Assembly (NCBI GenBank): GCA_041859365.1
Contig: JBHEKR010000341.1
Span: forward strand, 5,821 to 69,820
Source: Candidatus Hydrogenedentales bacterium
GTDB taxonomy: Bacteria > Hydrogenedentota > Hydrogenedentia > Hydrogenedentales > JAEUWI01
Direction of reading: 5' to 3'
DNA: 64,000 nt
In this document: piece by piece, positions 17,486 to 26,801 of the stretch
How the letters are laid out: each line of letters begins with the position of its first letter
Position numbering within the stretch: the first letter of the stretch is position 1
Notes under the pieces: generated by a model
Databases searched by the model: none
Seen by the model: only the letters and a program-made list of their open reading frames with translations
Told to the model about the DNA's origin: nothing
Made by a program: the position numbers and the translations under genes

Positions 17486-20400
17486 ATGTCCCAGGAGCAA
17501 TCGGATATTCTTTGGATGCTGGTGACCGCGTCGCTGGTCTTCATGATGCAGGGCGGCTTCATGTGCCTCGAAAGTGGGTTCACGCGCTCGAAGAACAGCA
17601 TCAACGTGGCGCTGAAAAATTTCACCGACTTTGGTATCTCCTTTTGCCTCTTCTGGGCCCTTGGTTTCGGCCTCATGTTTGGCGCGACCCGAAGCGGCTG
17701 GGTGGGCACGGATTCGTTTCTCCTGCCCTTCGAATCCATCGGTGAATGGCGGACCGCGTTCTTCTTCTTTCAGGCCATGTTCTGCGCAACGGCAGTGACG
17801 ATTCTCTCCGGTGCCGCCGCCGAGCGCATGCACTACCTGAGCTACTCGCTCGTGGCGGTAATTGTCTCGGGGCTGATCTATCCCGTCCTGGGTCATTGGG
17901 TCTGGAATGGTGCGGACGGCGCCTCCGGCGGCGGCTGGCTGGGCAACCGTGGATTTGTTGATTTCGCGGGTTCCACGGTGGTCCACAGTGTGGGCGGCTG
18001 GGTCTCGCTGGCGATCCTGCTGCTCATTGGCCCGCGCCATGGCCGCTTCCCGGAAGGCGGGCCGCCCCAGCGCATCACCGGGCACGACCTGCCCATGAGC
18101 GTACTGGGCGCGCTGCTGCTATTTTTGGGGTGGTTCGGCTTCAACGGGGGAAGCACGCTCACCCTGGAGGCGAGTGTGGCGCGCATCGTTGCCAACACGG
18201 CGCTCGCGGCTTGCTTCGGTGGCATCACTACCCTTGCCATTGGCTGGACGCTGCGTAAACGCCCGGATGCGGAGCTGGTGATCAACGGTACCCTGGCGGG
18301 TCTGGTGGCCATTACGGCAAACTGCCACGCGGTCACCGCCACAGAGTCCCTCGTGATCGGGAGCGTAGGCGGCATGATCATGCTCGCCCTCGACCATCTG
18401 CTGATCAAATTCCGGATTGACGATGCGGTCGGCGCGATTCCCGTGCACCTTGGGGCAGGAATCTGGGGGACGCTGGCCGTCGCCCTCTTCGGCAACGCGA
18501 CGCTCCTGGGAACGGGGCTGGATTTCCGGGGGCAGTTCATCGCGCAGTGTCTGGGTGTGGCATCCGCCGCGGTATGGGCTTTCGGGCTGACTTTTCTTAT
18601 CTGCTGGCCCCTCAACCGGATATTCCCATTCCGCGTGTCTGCGGAAGCCGAAGAGCAGGGACTGAACTTCTCCGAGCACGGCGCCACGACCGAGCTTATC
18701 GATCTCCTGAAGGTTATGGATTCGCAGGGGCAGACCGGCGACCTGCGCGCCCGGGCCCCCGTGGAGCCCTTCACGGAAGTGGGACAGATCGCCCGGCGTT
18801 ACAACCAGGTGCTGGACTACCTTCAGAAAGCGGTGGCCCGCTCCGATCACATCGTGCGCGACATCCAGGACGGTATCGTAACCTTCACGCATCAAGGCCT
18901 GCTTACCAGCCTGAACCCCGGCGCGGAGAAACTCTTCGGCTACAGCATGGCCGACGCCGTGGGACGGCCCGTCAGCCTGCTCCTCGCCGCCGAAACTGGC
19001 GGGGGCCCCGTGCAATTCGAACGCTTTCTGTCGCAGGACGGCAACGGTCGCCCCCCGCTGGTCTACGGGCTCCGTCGAAACCAGGAGCGCTTTCCGGTGG
19101 ACTTTCGCCTTTCCCGGAGCGGCTCGGGAGGCGTTTATGAATACACCGGGCTGGTCAAGGATGTGACCGAGCAGAAACTGGCCGAAGACGCGCTGGAGGC
19201 AAGCCGTGATCGGATTCGGCGCCACAATCAGGCGCTCACTTCGCTGGCTCAGACCCACCGCGAGTCCGCGGGCAATTTTGATGTGCTGCTGAGGACCATC
19301 GCCTACGAGTGCGCGACCTCCCTCGAACTGGATCGGGTATCCGTCTGGCGCATCATGGAGGATGGCAAGCGTCTGGCCAATGTCTATGTGCTGGCGGGCA
19401 CCGGGGGCGTGCTCAAGGACATGAAACGGCCCGAGCCGGTGGCGTTTTCGGCGGCATTGCGCGACGCCGTCCAGGGGCAACGGATCATCAGCACGGACGA
19501 CGCGATGCACGACCCGCGCACCGAGAGCCTCTGGACCGCGTACCTCAACGAGCACAACACCACCGCCATACTCATCGCCCAGATCAATCTTGGTGGGGAA
19601 CTGCGCGGGCTGATGTTCTTCGAGCATGTGGGTGGCCGCCGCCCCTGGTTTCCCGAGGAGGCGCAGTTTGCCGCATCGGCTTCGGATTTCCTGGTGCTGG
19701 CTTACGAAGAGGCCGAACGTCGCTACGCGCAGGACGCCCTGCGCGAGATGAATGAATCCCTGGAGGTCCGCGTCACCGAGCGCACGCGGGCGGTGGAGCA
19801 GTCGAACCGGGAGCTGCGGGACACCCTGGAAAATCTGGAGCGCGCGCAGAACAAGCTGATTACTTCGGAGAAGATGGCCGCGCTGGGCGAGCTCGTGGCG
19901 GGCGTGGCCCACGAGATCAACACGCCCGTGGGCGTGGCGGTCACCGCCACGTCGCACCTGCAGATCAAGACGCGCGAATTGCTGGACCGCTTCGCCAGCA
20001 ACGGCATGAAGAAATCCGACCTGGACAACTACCTGAAAATTGCGGGCGAATCCACCACCATGCTCATGACCAACCTCACGCGAGCCTCGGAGCTGGTGCA
20101 GAGCTTCAAGAAAGTCGCCGTGGATCAGTCGAGCGAGGCCATGCGGGTTTTCGATCTGAAGCAGTACGTGGGCGAGGTGTTGTTGAGCCTCCAGCCCAAG
20201 CTGAAGAAGACGAAGCACGAGATCACGCTGGAGTGCCCCGAAGGTCTGGAACTGAACACCTACCCCGGCGCGCTCTCGCAGGTGATCACCAATCTTATCG
20301 TAAATTCCATGATCCACGGCTTCGAGCCGGAAGACGAGGGGCAGATCCTGATGCGCTTCACCCCGGAGGAAAAAGAGCTGCTCTTCACCTACCGGGACAA

Positions 20401-20614
20401 TGGCAAGGGCATTCCACCGGAGTATCTGGGGCGTATTTTCGATCCTTTCTTCACCACGCGCCGCGGTACGGGCGGCAGCGGGCTGGGGCTCCATATCCTC
20501 TATAACATCGTTTCAAGCCAACTGCAGGGAAGCATCCATTGCGAAAGTACACCCGGGGAGGGCACCACCTTCTACATTCGCATGGCAACCACCATTGAGG
20601 ACAATGAAGTATGA
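17486..20614 (+). CDS. Ammonium transporter (Amt) domain fused to PAS-GAF-HisKA-HATPase sensor histidine kinase
   Basis: GAGGAG RBS. N-terminal 400 aa or so are Amt-like (DILWMLVTASLVFMMQGGFMCLESGF, VVHSVGGW, IPVHLGAGIWG). PAS about 18848-19180 (IVRDIQDGIVTF...FGYSMADAVGRPV). GAF about 19285-19620. H-box VAGVAHEINTPVG (His codon 19910-19912). N/G1/F/G2 boxes (NLIVNSMIHG, DNGKGIP, FDPFFTT, GGSGLGL). Confidence 0.9.
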   Translation: MSQEQSDILWMLVTASLVFMMQGGFMCLESGFTRSKNSINVALKNFTDFGISFCLFWALGFGLMFGATRSGWVGTDSFLLPFESIGEWRTAFFFFQAMFCATAVTILSGAAAERMHYLSYSLVAVIVSGLIYPVLGHWVWNGADGASGGGWLGNRGFVDFAGSTVVHSVGGWVSLAILLLIGPRHGRFPEGGPPQRITGHDLPMSVLGALLLFLGWFGFNGGSTLTLEASVARIVANTALAACFGGITTLAIGWTLRKRPDAELVINGTLAGLVAITANCHAVTATESLVIGSVGGMIMLALDHLLIKFRIDDAVGAIPVHLGAGIWGTLAVALFGNATLLGTGLDFRGQFIAQCLGVASAAVWAFGLTFLICWPLNRIFPFRVSAEAEEQGLNFSEHGATTELIDLLKVMDSQGQTGDLRARAPVEPFTEVGQIARRYNQVLDYLQKAVARSDHIVRDIQDGIVTFTHQGLLTSLNPGAEKLFGYSMADAVGRPVSLLLAAETGGGPVQFERFLSQDGNGRPPLVYGLRRNQERFPVDFRLSRSGSGGVYEYTGLVKDVTEQKLAEDALEASRDRIRRHNQALTSLAQTHRESAGNFDVLLRTIAYECATSLELDRVSVWRIMEDGKRLANVYVLAGTGGVLKDMKRPEPVAFSAALRDAVQGQRIISTDDAMHDPRTESLWTAYLNEHNTTAILIAQINLGGELRGLMFFEHVGGRRPWFPEEAQFAASASDFLVLAYEEAERRYAQDALREMNESLEVRVTERTRAVEQSNRELRDTLENLERAQNKLITSEKMAALGELVAGVAHEINTPVGVAVTATSHLQIKTRELLDRFASNGMKKSDLDNYLKIAGESTTMLMTNLTRASELVQSFKKVAVDQSSEAMRVFDLKQYVGEVLLSLQPKLKKTKHEITLECPEGLELNTYPGALSQVITNLIVNSMIHGFEPEDEGQILMRFTPEEKELLFTYRDNGKGIPPEYLGRIFDPFFTTRRGTGGSGLGLHILYNIVSSQLQGSIHCESTPGEGTTFYIRMATTIEDNEV

Positions 20615-22194
20615 GCCATTCCCCAGAGATCCTCCAGGAAGACGATGATGCACTCATGTTCGCCGACGACGATGGGGCGGCGGTGGTGGAACGGACGGGG
20701 CATCCCTGGAAAGTGCTGATTGTCGACGACGAGCCCGAAGTGCACAACGTGACACGGCTCGTGCTGGACGGATTTATATTCGACAACCGACCGCTCGAAT
20801 TTGTCAGCGCCCACTCCGCAGCCGAGGCTCGGGTCCTGCTCCAGGCCCATCCCGACGCGGCCATGGTGCTCCTCGATGTCGTCATGGAAACCGAGAATGC
20901 CGGACTGGAGCTAGCCAAGCACATCCGGGAGGATCTGCACAATTTTAATATCCGTATCGTGCTCCGCACCGGCCAGCCGGGTCAGGCGCCGGAAGAGCAG
21001 GTGATCCTCAACTATGACATCAACGATTACAAAGCAAAGACGGAGTTGACCGCCACCAAGCTCTTCACCACCATGGTGGCCTCTCTCCGCTCTTACCAGC
21101 ACCTGCAGACCCTCGAAGCCAACAAACGCGGCCTGGAGACCATCCTCCACGCCTCGTCGAGTATCTTTGAGACGCGGGCGATGGAGCAGTTTTCCACGGG
21201 CGTGCTCACCCAGCTCACCGCCCTGCTCAATCTGAAGGAGGACGCGCTGTATTGCAAGACATCGGGCTTCGCGGCCACTTCCAGTGATGGCACCTTGCGC
21301 ATTGTCACCGGCACGGGGATCTACTCCGATTTTGTGAGTCATGCCGTCGAAGATCTGACGGATGAAGACGTGCTCACCTGTCTCGCCGAGGCACGGAAGC
21401 AGCGCAAGGAGCTCTACCTCGATGACAATCGCTACGTGGGCTATTTCCGATCGGAGAACGGCTCGGAAAGTCTCCTCTACCTGAAGGGCTGGAAGGGACT
21501 CGACGAATGGGATCAGTATCTGCTCCAGATTTTCTGCAAGAACGTGGCCATCGCCTACGACAACATCAGCCTGAACGGCGAGATCCTGGAAACGCAGCGG
21601 GAGATTATCTTCAAACTGGGTGAAATCGTGGAGACGCGCTCGCGGGAAACAGGGAACCACGTCAAGCGCGTGGCGGAGTATTGCGCGCTGCTCGCGCAGA
21701 GAGCGGGCCTGGGCCGCGAGGAGACCGCCGTGCTCCGATTTGCCTCGCCGATGCACGATCTGGGCAAGATGGCCATTCCCGACTCGATCCTGAAAAAGCC
21801 GGGCAAGCTGAACGACGCCGAAATGCGCCTGATGCAGACCCACACGACCGTGGGCTATGAAATGCTCTGCCACAGCAAACGCGAGCTGTTGGGGGCCGCC
21901 GCCATGATTGCGTTGCAGCATCACGAGCGCCCCGATGGTGCGGGCTATCCGAATGGCCTTGCGGGCGACGAAATCCACGTGTTTGCCCGCATCACCGCCA
22001 TCGCGGACGTCTTTGATGCGCTGGGCGTGAAGCGGGTCTACAAAGAAGCCTGGCCGCTCGACCGCATTCTGGATTACTTCCGCGAGCAGCGGGGAAAGCA
22101 GTTCGACGACACGCTCACCGGGGTGTTTCTGGACAACATCGAAGACTTCATCGTCATCCGCGATGCCTTTCCTGATGTACCCGCGGAGGAGTAA
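20611..22194 (+). CDS. Response regulator with HD-GYP output domain (predicted c-di-GMP phosphodiesterase)
   Basis: The start overlaps the kinase stop (ATGA at 20611-20614). REC: KVLIVDDEPEVH...MVLLDVVM. HD-GYP: HVKRVAEY...SPMHDLGK...HHERPDGAGYPNGL. Confidence 0.9.
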   Translation: MSHSPEILQEDDDALMFADDDGAAVVERTGHPWKVLIVDDEPEVHNVTRLVLDGFIFDNRPLEFVSAHSAAEARVLLQAHPDAAMVLLDVVMETENAGLELAKHIREDLHNFNIRIVLRTGQPGQAPEEQVILNYDINDYKAKTELTATKLFTTMVASLRSYQHLQTLEANKRGLETILHASSSIFETRAMEQFSTGVLTQLTALLNLKEDALYCKTSGFAATSSDGTLRIVTGTGIYSDFVSHAVEDLTDEDVLTCLAEARKQRKELYLDDNRYVGYFRSENGSESLLYLKGWKGLDEWDQYLLQIFCKNVAIAYDNISLNGEILETQREIIFKLGEIVETRSRETGNHVKRVAEYCALLAQRAGLGREETAVLRFASPMHDLGKMAIPDSILKKPGKLNDAEMRLMQTHTTVGYEMLCHSKRELLGAAAMIALQHHERPDGAGYPNGLAGDEIHVFARITAIADVFDALGVKRVYKEAWPLDRILDYFREQRGKQFDDTLTGVFLDNIEDFIVIRDAFPDVPAEE

Positions 22195-22267
22195 AAGGAA
22201 TTTCTCCGACTTGGAATGCACGAGAAGCCGAGAGAATGCGTTTTTAAAGCGAGAGGCGCGGTGAGAC

Positions 22268-22487
22268 GTGCCACGCGATCCGGCAACGCCGGTTCGTGTG
22301 TCCCGAGCCTCGTTTGCCCGAAGCGTTTAACATGTTCTTACGCTGCCCTTGTTTACCCAAGACCGATTCTCGTCGTACTTGGTGAACGGCTTTGGGTCAT
22401 ACAAACCGCTGCGGCGTGATGACCGTTGATAGCACGAGCCACGCTCGCTCAAGGCACGCGAACCGGCGTTGCCGGATCGCGTGGCAC
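22268..22487. repeat. About 220-bp palindromic intergenic element, copy A (MITE/REP-like)
   Basis: Perfect 29-bp terminal inverted repeat: gtgccacgcgatccggcaacgccggttcg (22268-22296) against 22459-22487. It extends to 33 bp with 1 mismatch. Internal cttggtgaacggctttggg (22378-22396) is shared with copy B. It lies between convergent genes. Confidence 0.75.
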
Positions 22488-22545
22488 AAGTTGAAGTTCT
22501 TGCGCTGCTACAGAGGACTGAGGCAACAACCGAGCTATCGGTGTC

Positions 22546-24711
22546 TTATTGGGCACGCTCAATACACCGCTCCACCCACCCTTCAAAGGTGTACTCCGCT
22601 CCCGGCGCATCCGGCGGCAGGCAGGCGAGGGTAGCGGGATCACGGTACACCGCGCCCACATCGACGACGACTGTGCCCCGTTCCCGTTGTTCGGTGTTAT
22701 AGAGTTCTTCGATTTTCCGCCCCTGTGCGGATACCCAATCGCCATATTTGATGGTCGCAATGTCGGATGGAGGCTCGGTGCCCGCCAGGTGTGTCTCCAT
22801 CCATTGCAGCGCACGGGGCGTGAGGAAATAGGGCCGGTGGCATGCGCCCTCCTCCCAGGCGGTCTCCAGCACGTGGGGCGTTCCGGATGCGGCGAGCAGT
22901 GCTTTGGCCGCTGCCGTATTCTCTTCGGTGAAGCGCTGGAGAGCCGCACCGCCTTCGCTGTGATCGATCACCGAGTCTTGCGTGCCGTTGTAAATCAGCA
23001 TGGCCGCATGGGGCGCGGCGAGCGCGGTCATTTCGGCGAAGCTCATCATCTCCGAGAAATCTTCATAGGGAACCTGGGAGCAGGGCTTGCCCCACTCCAC
23101 CGCCAGTTGGGTGAAGCCCCAGCCGGTGATGATGGCGCTTTTCACGCGGGCATCGATCATAGCGAAAGGCCCCGCACTGGACCCGCCGAGGGAATAGCCC
23201 ACGACGCCCAGTCGGTTCGAGTCGATTTCCGGGCGGGATTCGAGGTAGTCCGCGCCGCGTATAAGGTCCCACACGATCTTGCCAAGGACCGATCGCTTCA
23301 TCCTGTTTTGCATGAAGTCCGCCCGCTCTTCTTTCGGCAGGTTGTAGAGGTCATGGCCCCGCGCGCCCATATTGCGCTCGGGGTGGCGTTCCTCTTCGCC
23401 AATGGTATCGATGGCCAGCACGGCAAATCCGTTCTTCGCATAGAGTTGTCCGGCATATTGCGCGTAGAGCGCGGACTTCGATCCGCCGTGGCCGCAGGCC
23501 ACGATGATGCAGGGCACAGGCCTGTCCGATGCGGGCAGGTAGAGCAACGCCGTCACGCGCGAGCCCGCTTCACTCGCGAAGGTGACCGACTCAATCGTGT
23601 ATCCATCCCCTGCGGTGGCTTTGTGCGTCTGCGACTCCAGCGGCACGCGCTCGACGGGCAGGGTCAACGCACGGGTCATCTTCTCGCGCAGTGCTGCCGC
23701 GCGCGCGGGCCACGCGGAAGCCACCGTCTTCGGGCCATCCCAGCGCGCGGTGCCGATGGCGAAATACTTGTTTACAAAGGGCGGGGCTTTCCGGGAGGCA
23801 TACCACATACGCCACGAGCCATCGTCCAGCTTCAGCACGGATTGACTTGTGGTGTAGTGCGATTCCCAGGACCGCGATTCGTCGGGCGTAAACACCGGGT
23901 TGGTCGGCGATTTTGTCCACGTGAGTCCATCCTCGCTCGTGGCCACGCCGATGGCGGTGGTGTTTTCGCGCACGCTCCAGTAGGCGCCGTACCACAGGAC
24001 AAATTGACCGTCGTGCTTGAGCACGGCGGGATAGAACAGGCGGTCCTTCTCCCACGGCTGGTCGATCACCAGGCACGGTGCCTCGGTGCGCTCCCAGGTC
24101 TTTCCGTCCAGACTTTTCGCATGGCGCACGATCCAGGGATCCGCGGAAACGTCGCTGTACCACATGCGGTAAACGCCGCCTTCCTTGAGAATCGTTGGCG
24201 CATAGATCCCTTCGAACTGCGCGGGGGACGGTGCGGACCAGTGAATGCCGTCTTCACTCGTGCTTTCATGAAGCGTGTGTACACCGTCATTCGCCGCGAA
24301 ATCGGTGGAGGCGAACCAGAGCCGTAGTTTACCCTCCTCACGCATGACAGTCCCATTCGTGCTCCGAAGCAGTGTGGGGGTGAGAATCGAATGTCGGCTG
24401 TCGCCAAAGTCGAAAGCTGGCTCGGGTCGCTTCTCGAAATGGATGCCGTCCGTGCTCGTGGCGAGTCCCATCTGAAACACCCGGTTCGCCACGTCCTTCT
24501 GCGAGCCGCAGTAATACATGTAGAAGGTCCCCTTTTCCTCCATGACACAGGGCGCGAAGAGGTGCGTATCGTCGAAGGCGCCGGGTTCGCCGAGGGAAAG
24601 CACAGGCGCGTCTGTGTCACGAGTCCATGTCTGCTGCCCAAGGTCGGTAGCGTGAGATGCGGCACACGCGGTAAGAAGCAGAATGGAAAGAGCTTTGGGA
24701 CGTAAGTTCAT
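22546..24711 (-). CDS. Secreted bifunctional-looking protein: N-terminal five-bladed beta-propeller glycosidase-like domain (GH43/GH130-like) plus C-terminal alpha/beta-hydrolase esterase
   Basis: AAGGAG RBS. Signal MNLRPKALSILLLTACAASHA. Repeated S-x-DG-x-x-W/F blades (STDGIHF, SEDGIHW, SLDGKTW, SEDGLTW). C-terminal half has GHGGSKS and the nucleophile elbow GYSLGG. Confidence 0.75.
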   Translation of the reverse strand: MNLRPKALSILLLTACAASHATDLGQQTWTRDTDAPVLSLGEPGAFDDTHLFAPCVMEEKGTFYMYYCGSQKDVANRVFQMGLATSTDGIHFEKRPEPAFDFGDSRHSILTPTLLRSTNGTVMREEGKLRLWFASTDFAANDGVHTLHESTSEDGIHWSAPSPAQFEGIYAPTILKEGGVYRMWYSDVSADPWIVRHAKSLDGKTWERTEAPCLVIDQPWEKDRLFYPAVLKHDGQFVLWYGAYWSVRENTTAIGVATSEDGLTWTKSPTNPVFTPDESRSWESHYTTSQSVLKLDDGSWRMWYASRKAPPFVNKYFAIGTARWDGPKTVASAWPARAAALREKMTRALTLPVERVPLESQTHKATAGDGYTIESVTFASEAGSRVTALLYLPASDRPVPCIIVACGHGGSKSALYAQYAGQLYAKNGFAVLAIDTIGEEERHPERNMGARGHDLYNLPKEERADFMQNRMKRSVLGKIVWDLIRGADYLESRPEIDSNRLGVVGYSLGGSSAGPFAMIDARVKSAIITGWGFTQLAVEWGKPCSQVPYEDFSEMMSFAEMTALAAPHAAMLIYNGTQDSVIDHSEGGAALQRFTEENTAAAKALLAASGTPHVLETAWEEGACHRPYFLTPRALQWMETHLAGTEPPSDIATIKYGDWVSAQGRKIEELYNTEQRERGTVVVDVGAVYRDPATLACLPPDAPGAEYTFEGWVERCIERAQ

Positions 24712-24771
24712 CGCGAGACTCCTTGGTTTGAAGTCTCGTTATACAACAAGGGAATGGCCTTCGCCTAATTC

Positions 24772-24798
24772 GCGTTACTCGATTGAGGTGGCACCCGG
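24772..24798. repeat. Solo copy of the terminal sequence of the palindromic element family
   Basis: gcgttactcgattgaggtggcacccgg differs at one base from the right end of copy B (36563-36589). I found no inverted partner nearby. Confidence 0.6.
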
Positions 24799-24922
24799 AG
24801 TTCGTCTTCGAAGCCCCGGGCGTCCCGCAGTCGTCGCCGAACTGTGGATCGTCGCGACACTACCATGGCTTCCAATTGCTATGGACCATTCGACGGCGAC
24901 TGCGGCGCGCCCGGGCGCCGTA

Positions 24923-26650
24923 CTACTTCAATTTGAGCACGCGATAGGCGGGCATGCCGATGACGCCGTAATACTCCATGATCTCGGTAGTCGGCGAAAG
25001 GTCGGGGCGCTCGGCCTGGTACTTGATCTTCACGAAGCCATCCAACTTTTCGATGACCGCGGGATCCTTCAACGTGGTGGCGTCCATCTTAAGGCAGTTC
25101 TTGCACCAGGTCGCCCAGAAGTCGATGACCACTGGCTTGCCCGTGGCCCTGGCTTCGGCGAGCCCCTCTTCGAGGCTCGTGTACCAGCCTTCCTTTACAC
25201 CTTCGGATGCCGTGGTGTCCACGCGCATCAGCGTGAAGGCCTGATAGCCGTAGTAGATTGCGAAGCCGATGATGAACACGCCGAAGGCCTGCTTCACGCG
25301 CACCATCCACATGCCGGGCTTGGGCATAACCGACAGTACCGCGCCGACGAAGGGCCAGGGCAGGGCCATGCCGATGCCGAGAAGAAAAGGCAGGGCCAGC
25401 GCGAGGGTGTTGCCCTGGCTGTAGCTGTCCTGTGCGAAAAGGATCGTGGAGATGACCACCGGGGCCACGCACGCGCCCGCGAGAAGCGCGGAGATGCTGC
25501 CCATGGCGAAGGCGATACCGAAGCTGCCTTTCTCGTTCTTGCGAATGCCGAGTTTCGTCTGAAATTTGGTGAAGTCGATCTGGATGATGTCGAACATGGC
25601 CAGACCGAGCACGATGAAGAGCGCGGCGATGAGTCCGTTGAACCAGGGCGTGGCGTTGATGGTGCCGAAGGCCGAGGCGAAGCTGAGCATCACGGCAAGG
25701 CCCAGCAGGCCATACACCAGGGCGATGCCCGCCCCATAGGCGCCGCCCAGGGCGAAGCCACGGCTCCGGGAACCCGCCTTGGCGCCCGCACCGATGATGG
25801 CGACGTTGATTGGAATCAGGGGCAGCACGCAGGGCGTGAGATTGAGCGCGAGGCCACCGCCGACGATCAGCAGGATGATCAGGCCCCAGCTCTTCCCCGC
25901 GAAGGCACCGCTTTCCGATGCGGCCTTACCGGAGAGAGAAGCATCGAGAAAATTCAAGAAGCCATCGGTGTTCTCGTAGCCCGCCTTACCCACCACGGTG
26001 AACTGGTCCGCCAGCGATTTCCAGTCGCCCGCGACGGGTTCAGGCGTAGCTTCGGGTGCGGGGGCCGCTTCGGGCGTTGCCTTGGCCGGTGCGGCTTCGG
26101 GTGCCGGTACCGCCTCACCGCCCTCGGGCCACTTCACCTTCGAAAAGAGCTCCGGGTTCGCGGGAGCCCCTGCATCACCAACATTCACCGTTATTTCCAG
26201 CGGTAGTTTCGCGGGAGGGAAGCACATCTCGTTGTTGCAGGCCTGATACTTCAATTCGCCCACGAGCTTGTGCTCGCCGGGCGCGGCATCGGCGGCGATC
26301 TGCAGGATAACCCCGATATGGAAGGTATGCTCGTAGACCGCCAGTTTGTCTCCCGCGAGATCAAAGAGAATGTGCTCGGGATAAATGGTGTTTGCTATCG
26401 ATACGCCATTGGCCTCGGGGATAGTAAGCACGGTCGGGATCAGAAACTGGTCCAGGGGCTTGTGGGCGTTGACGTGCCAGGTGTCTCCCAGATTGAAGGT
26501 GAGCACGGCACGAACGGTACTCCCTGCGGGAGCCGAGTTTTCCACCGTGGCAGTGTAGGTGACTTCGGGACCCTGGGCGGAGACGAAAAGCGGGGCCAAT
26601 AGCATGGCAGCCGCGAGGGCCAAGCGGTAAATCCAATGAGTCTTGGGCAT
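24923..26650 (-). CDS. dsbD: Thiol:disulfide interchange protein DsbD-like (DsbD-alpha, CcdA-type membrane core, thioredoxin domain)
   Basis: Signal peptide. N-terminal domain with YQACNNEMCFPP. Membrane core with LNLTPCVLPLIP and LAGACVAPVV. C-terminal thioredoxin FWATWCKNC. Confidence 0.85.
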   Translation of the reverse strand: MPKTHWIYRLALAAAMLLAPLFVSAQGPEVTYTATVENSAPAGSTVRAVLTFNLGDTWHVNAHKPLDQFLIPTVLTIPEANGVSIANTIYPEHILFDLAGDKLAVYEHTFHIGVILQIAADAAPGEHKLVGELKYQACNNEMCFPPAKLPLEITVNVGDAGAPANPELFSKVKWPEGGEAVPAPEAAPAKATPEAAPAPEATPEPVAGDWKSLADQFTVVGKAGYENTDGFLNFLDASLSGKAASESGAFAGKSWGLIILLIVGGGLALNLTPCVLPLIPINVAIIGAGAKAGSRSRGFALGGAYGAGIALVYGLLGLAVMLSFASAFGTINATPWFNGLIAALFIVLGLAMFDIIQIDFTKFQTKLGIRKNEKGSFGIAFAMGSISALLAGACVAPVVISTILFAQDSYSQGNTLALALPFLLGIGMALPWPFVGAVLSVMPKPGMWMVRVKQAFGVFIIGFAIYYGYQAFTLMRVDTTASEGVKEGWYTSLEEGLAEARATGKPVVIDFWATWCKNCLKMDATTLKDPAVIEKLDGFVKIKYQAERPDLSPTTEIMEYYGVIGMPAYRVLKLK

Positions 26651-26801
26651 GTCGGTTCCTGTGTAAACCGCTGAGGGCGGGAATGGGTGTCGGGGTGAGT
26701 TCCAGGGCCACTCGCGATGCTTGGTGGCCCCCGGAGTTGCAATCAGTATATTCGCGCTGGGTAACCGCGCATGTCAAGAGGGCTCGACTGCGGACCGCAA
26801 A

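Noticed and set aside
15522-20494. Minus-strand ORFs 15522-17366 (614 aa) and 18119-20494 (791 aa)
   Set aside because: They are antisense to the MATE and Amt-kinase genes, whose plus-strand frames carry unambiguous family motifs. Their composition is Arg/Gly/His/Glu-rich.
20911-26206. ORFs 20911-22221(-), 22549-24327(+) and 24683-26206(+)
   Set aside because: They are antisense to the HD-GYP regulator, the glycosidase/esterase and dsbD respectively. They have no motifs and a strong Arg/Gly bias. The same reasoning applies to 6558-7673(-), 8157-9341(+), 14005-15129(-), 27892-29394(+), 30556-32304(-), 32345-33835(-), 34052-35416(-), 47826-48767(+), 55060-56076(+) and 60516-61511(+).
26745-26777. 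TTGACA (minus strand) upstream of dsbD as a sigma70 promoter
   Set aside because: The best -10 (TATACT) is 21 nt away, and hexamers at 17-18 nt spacing are poor.
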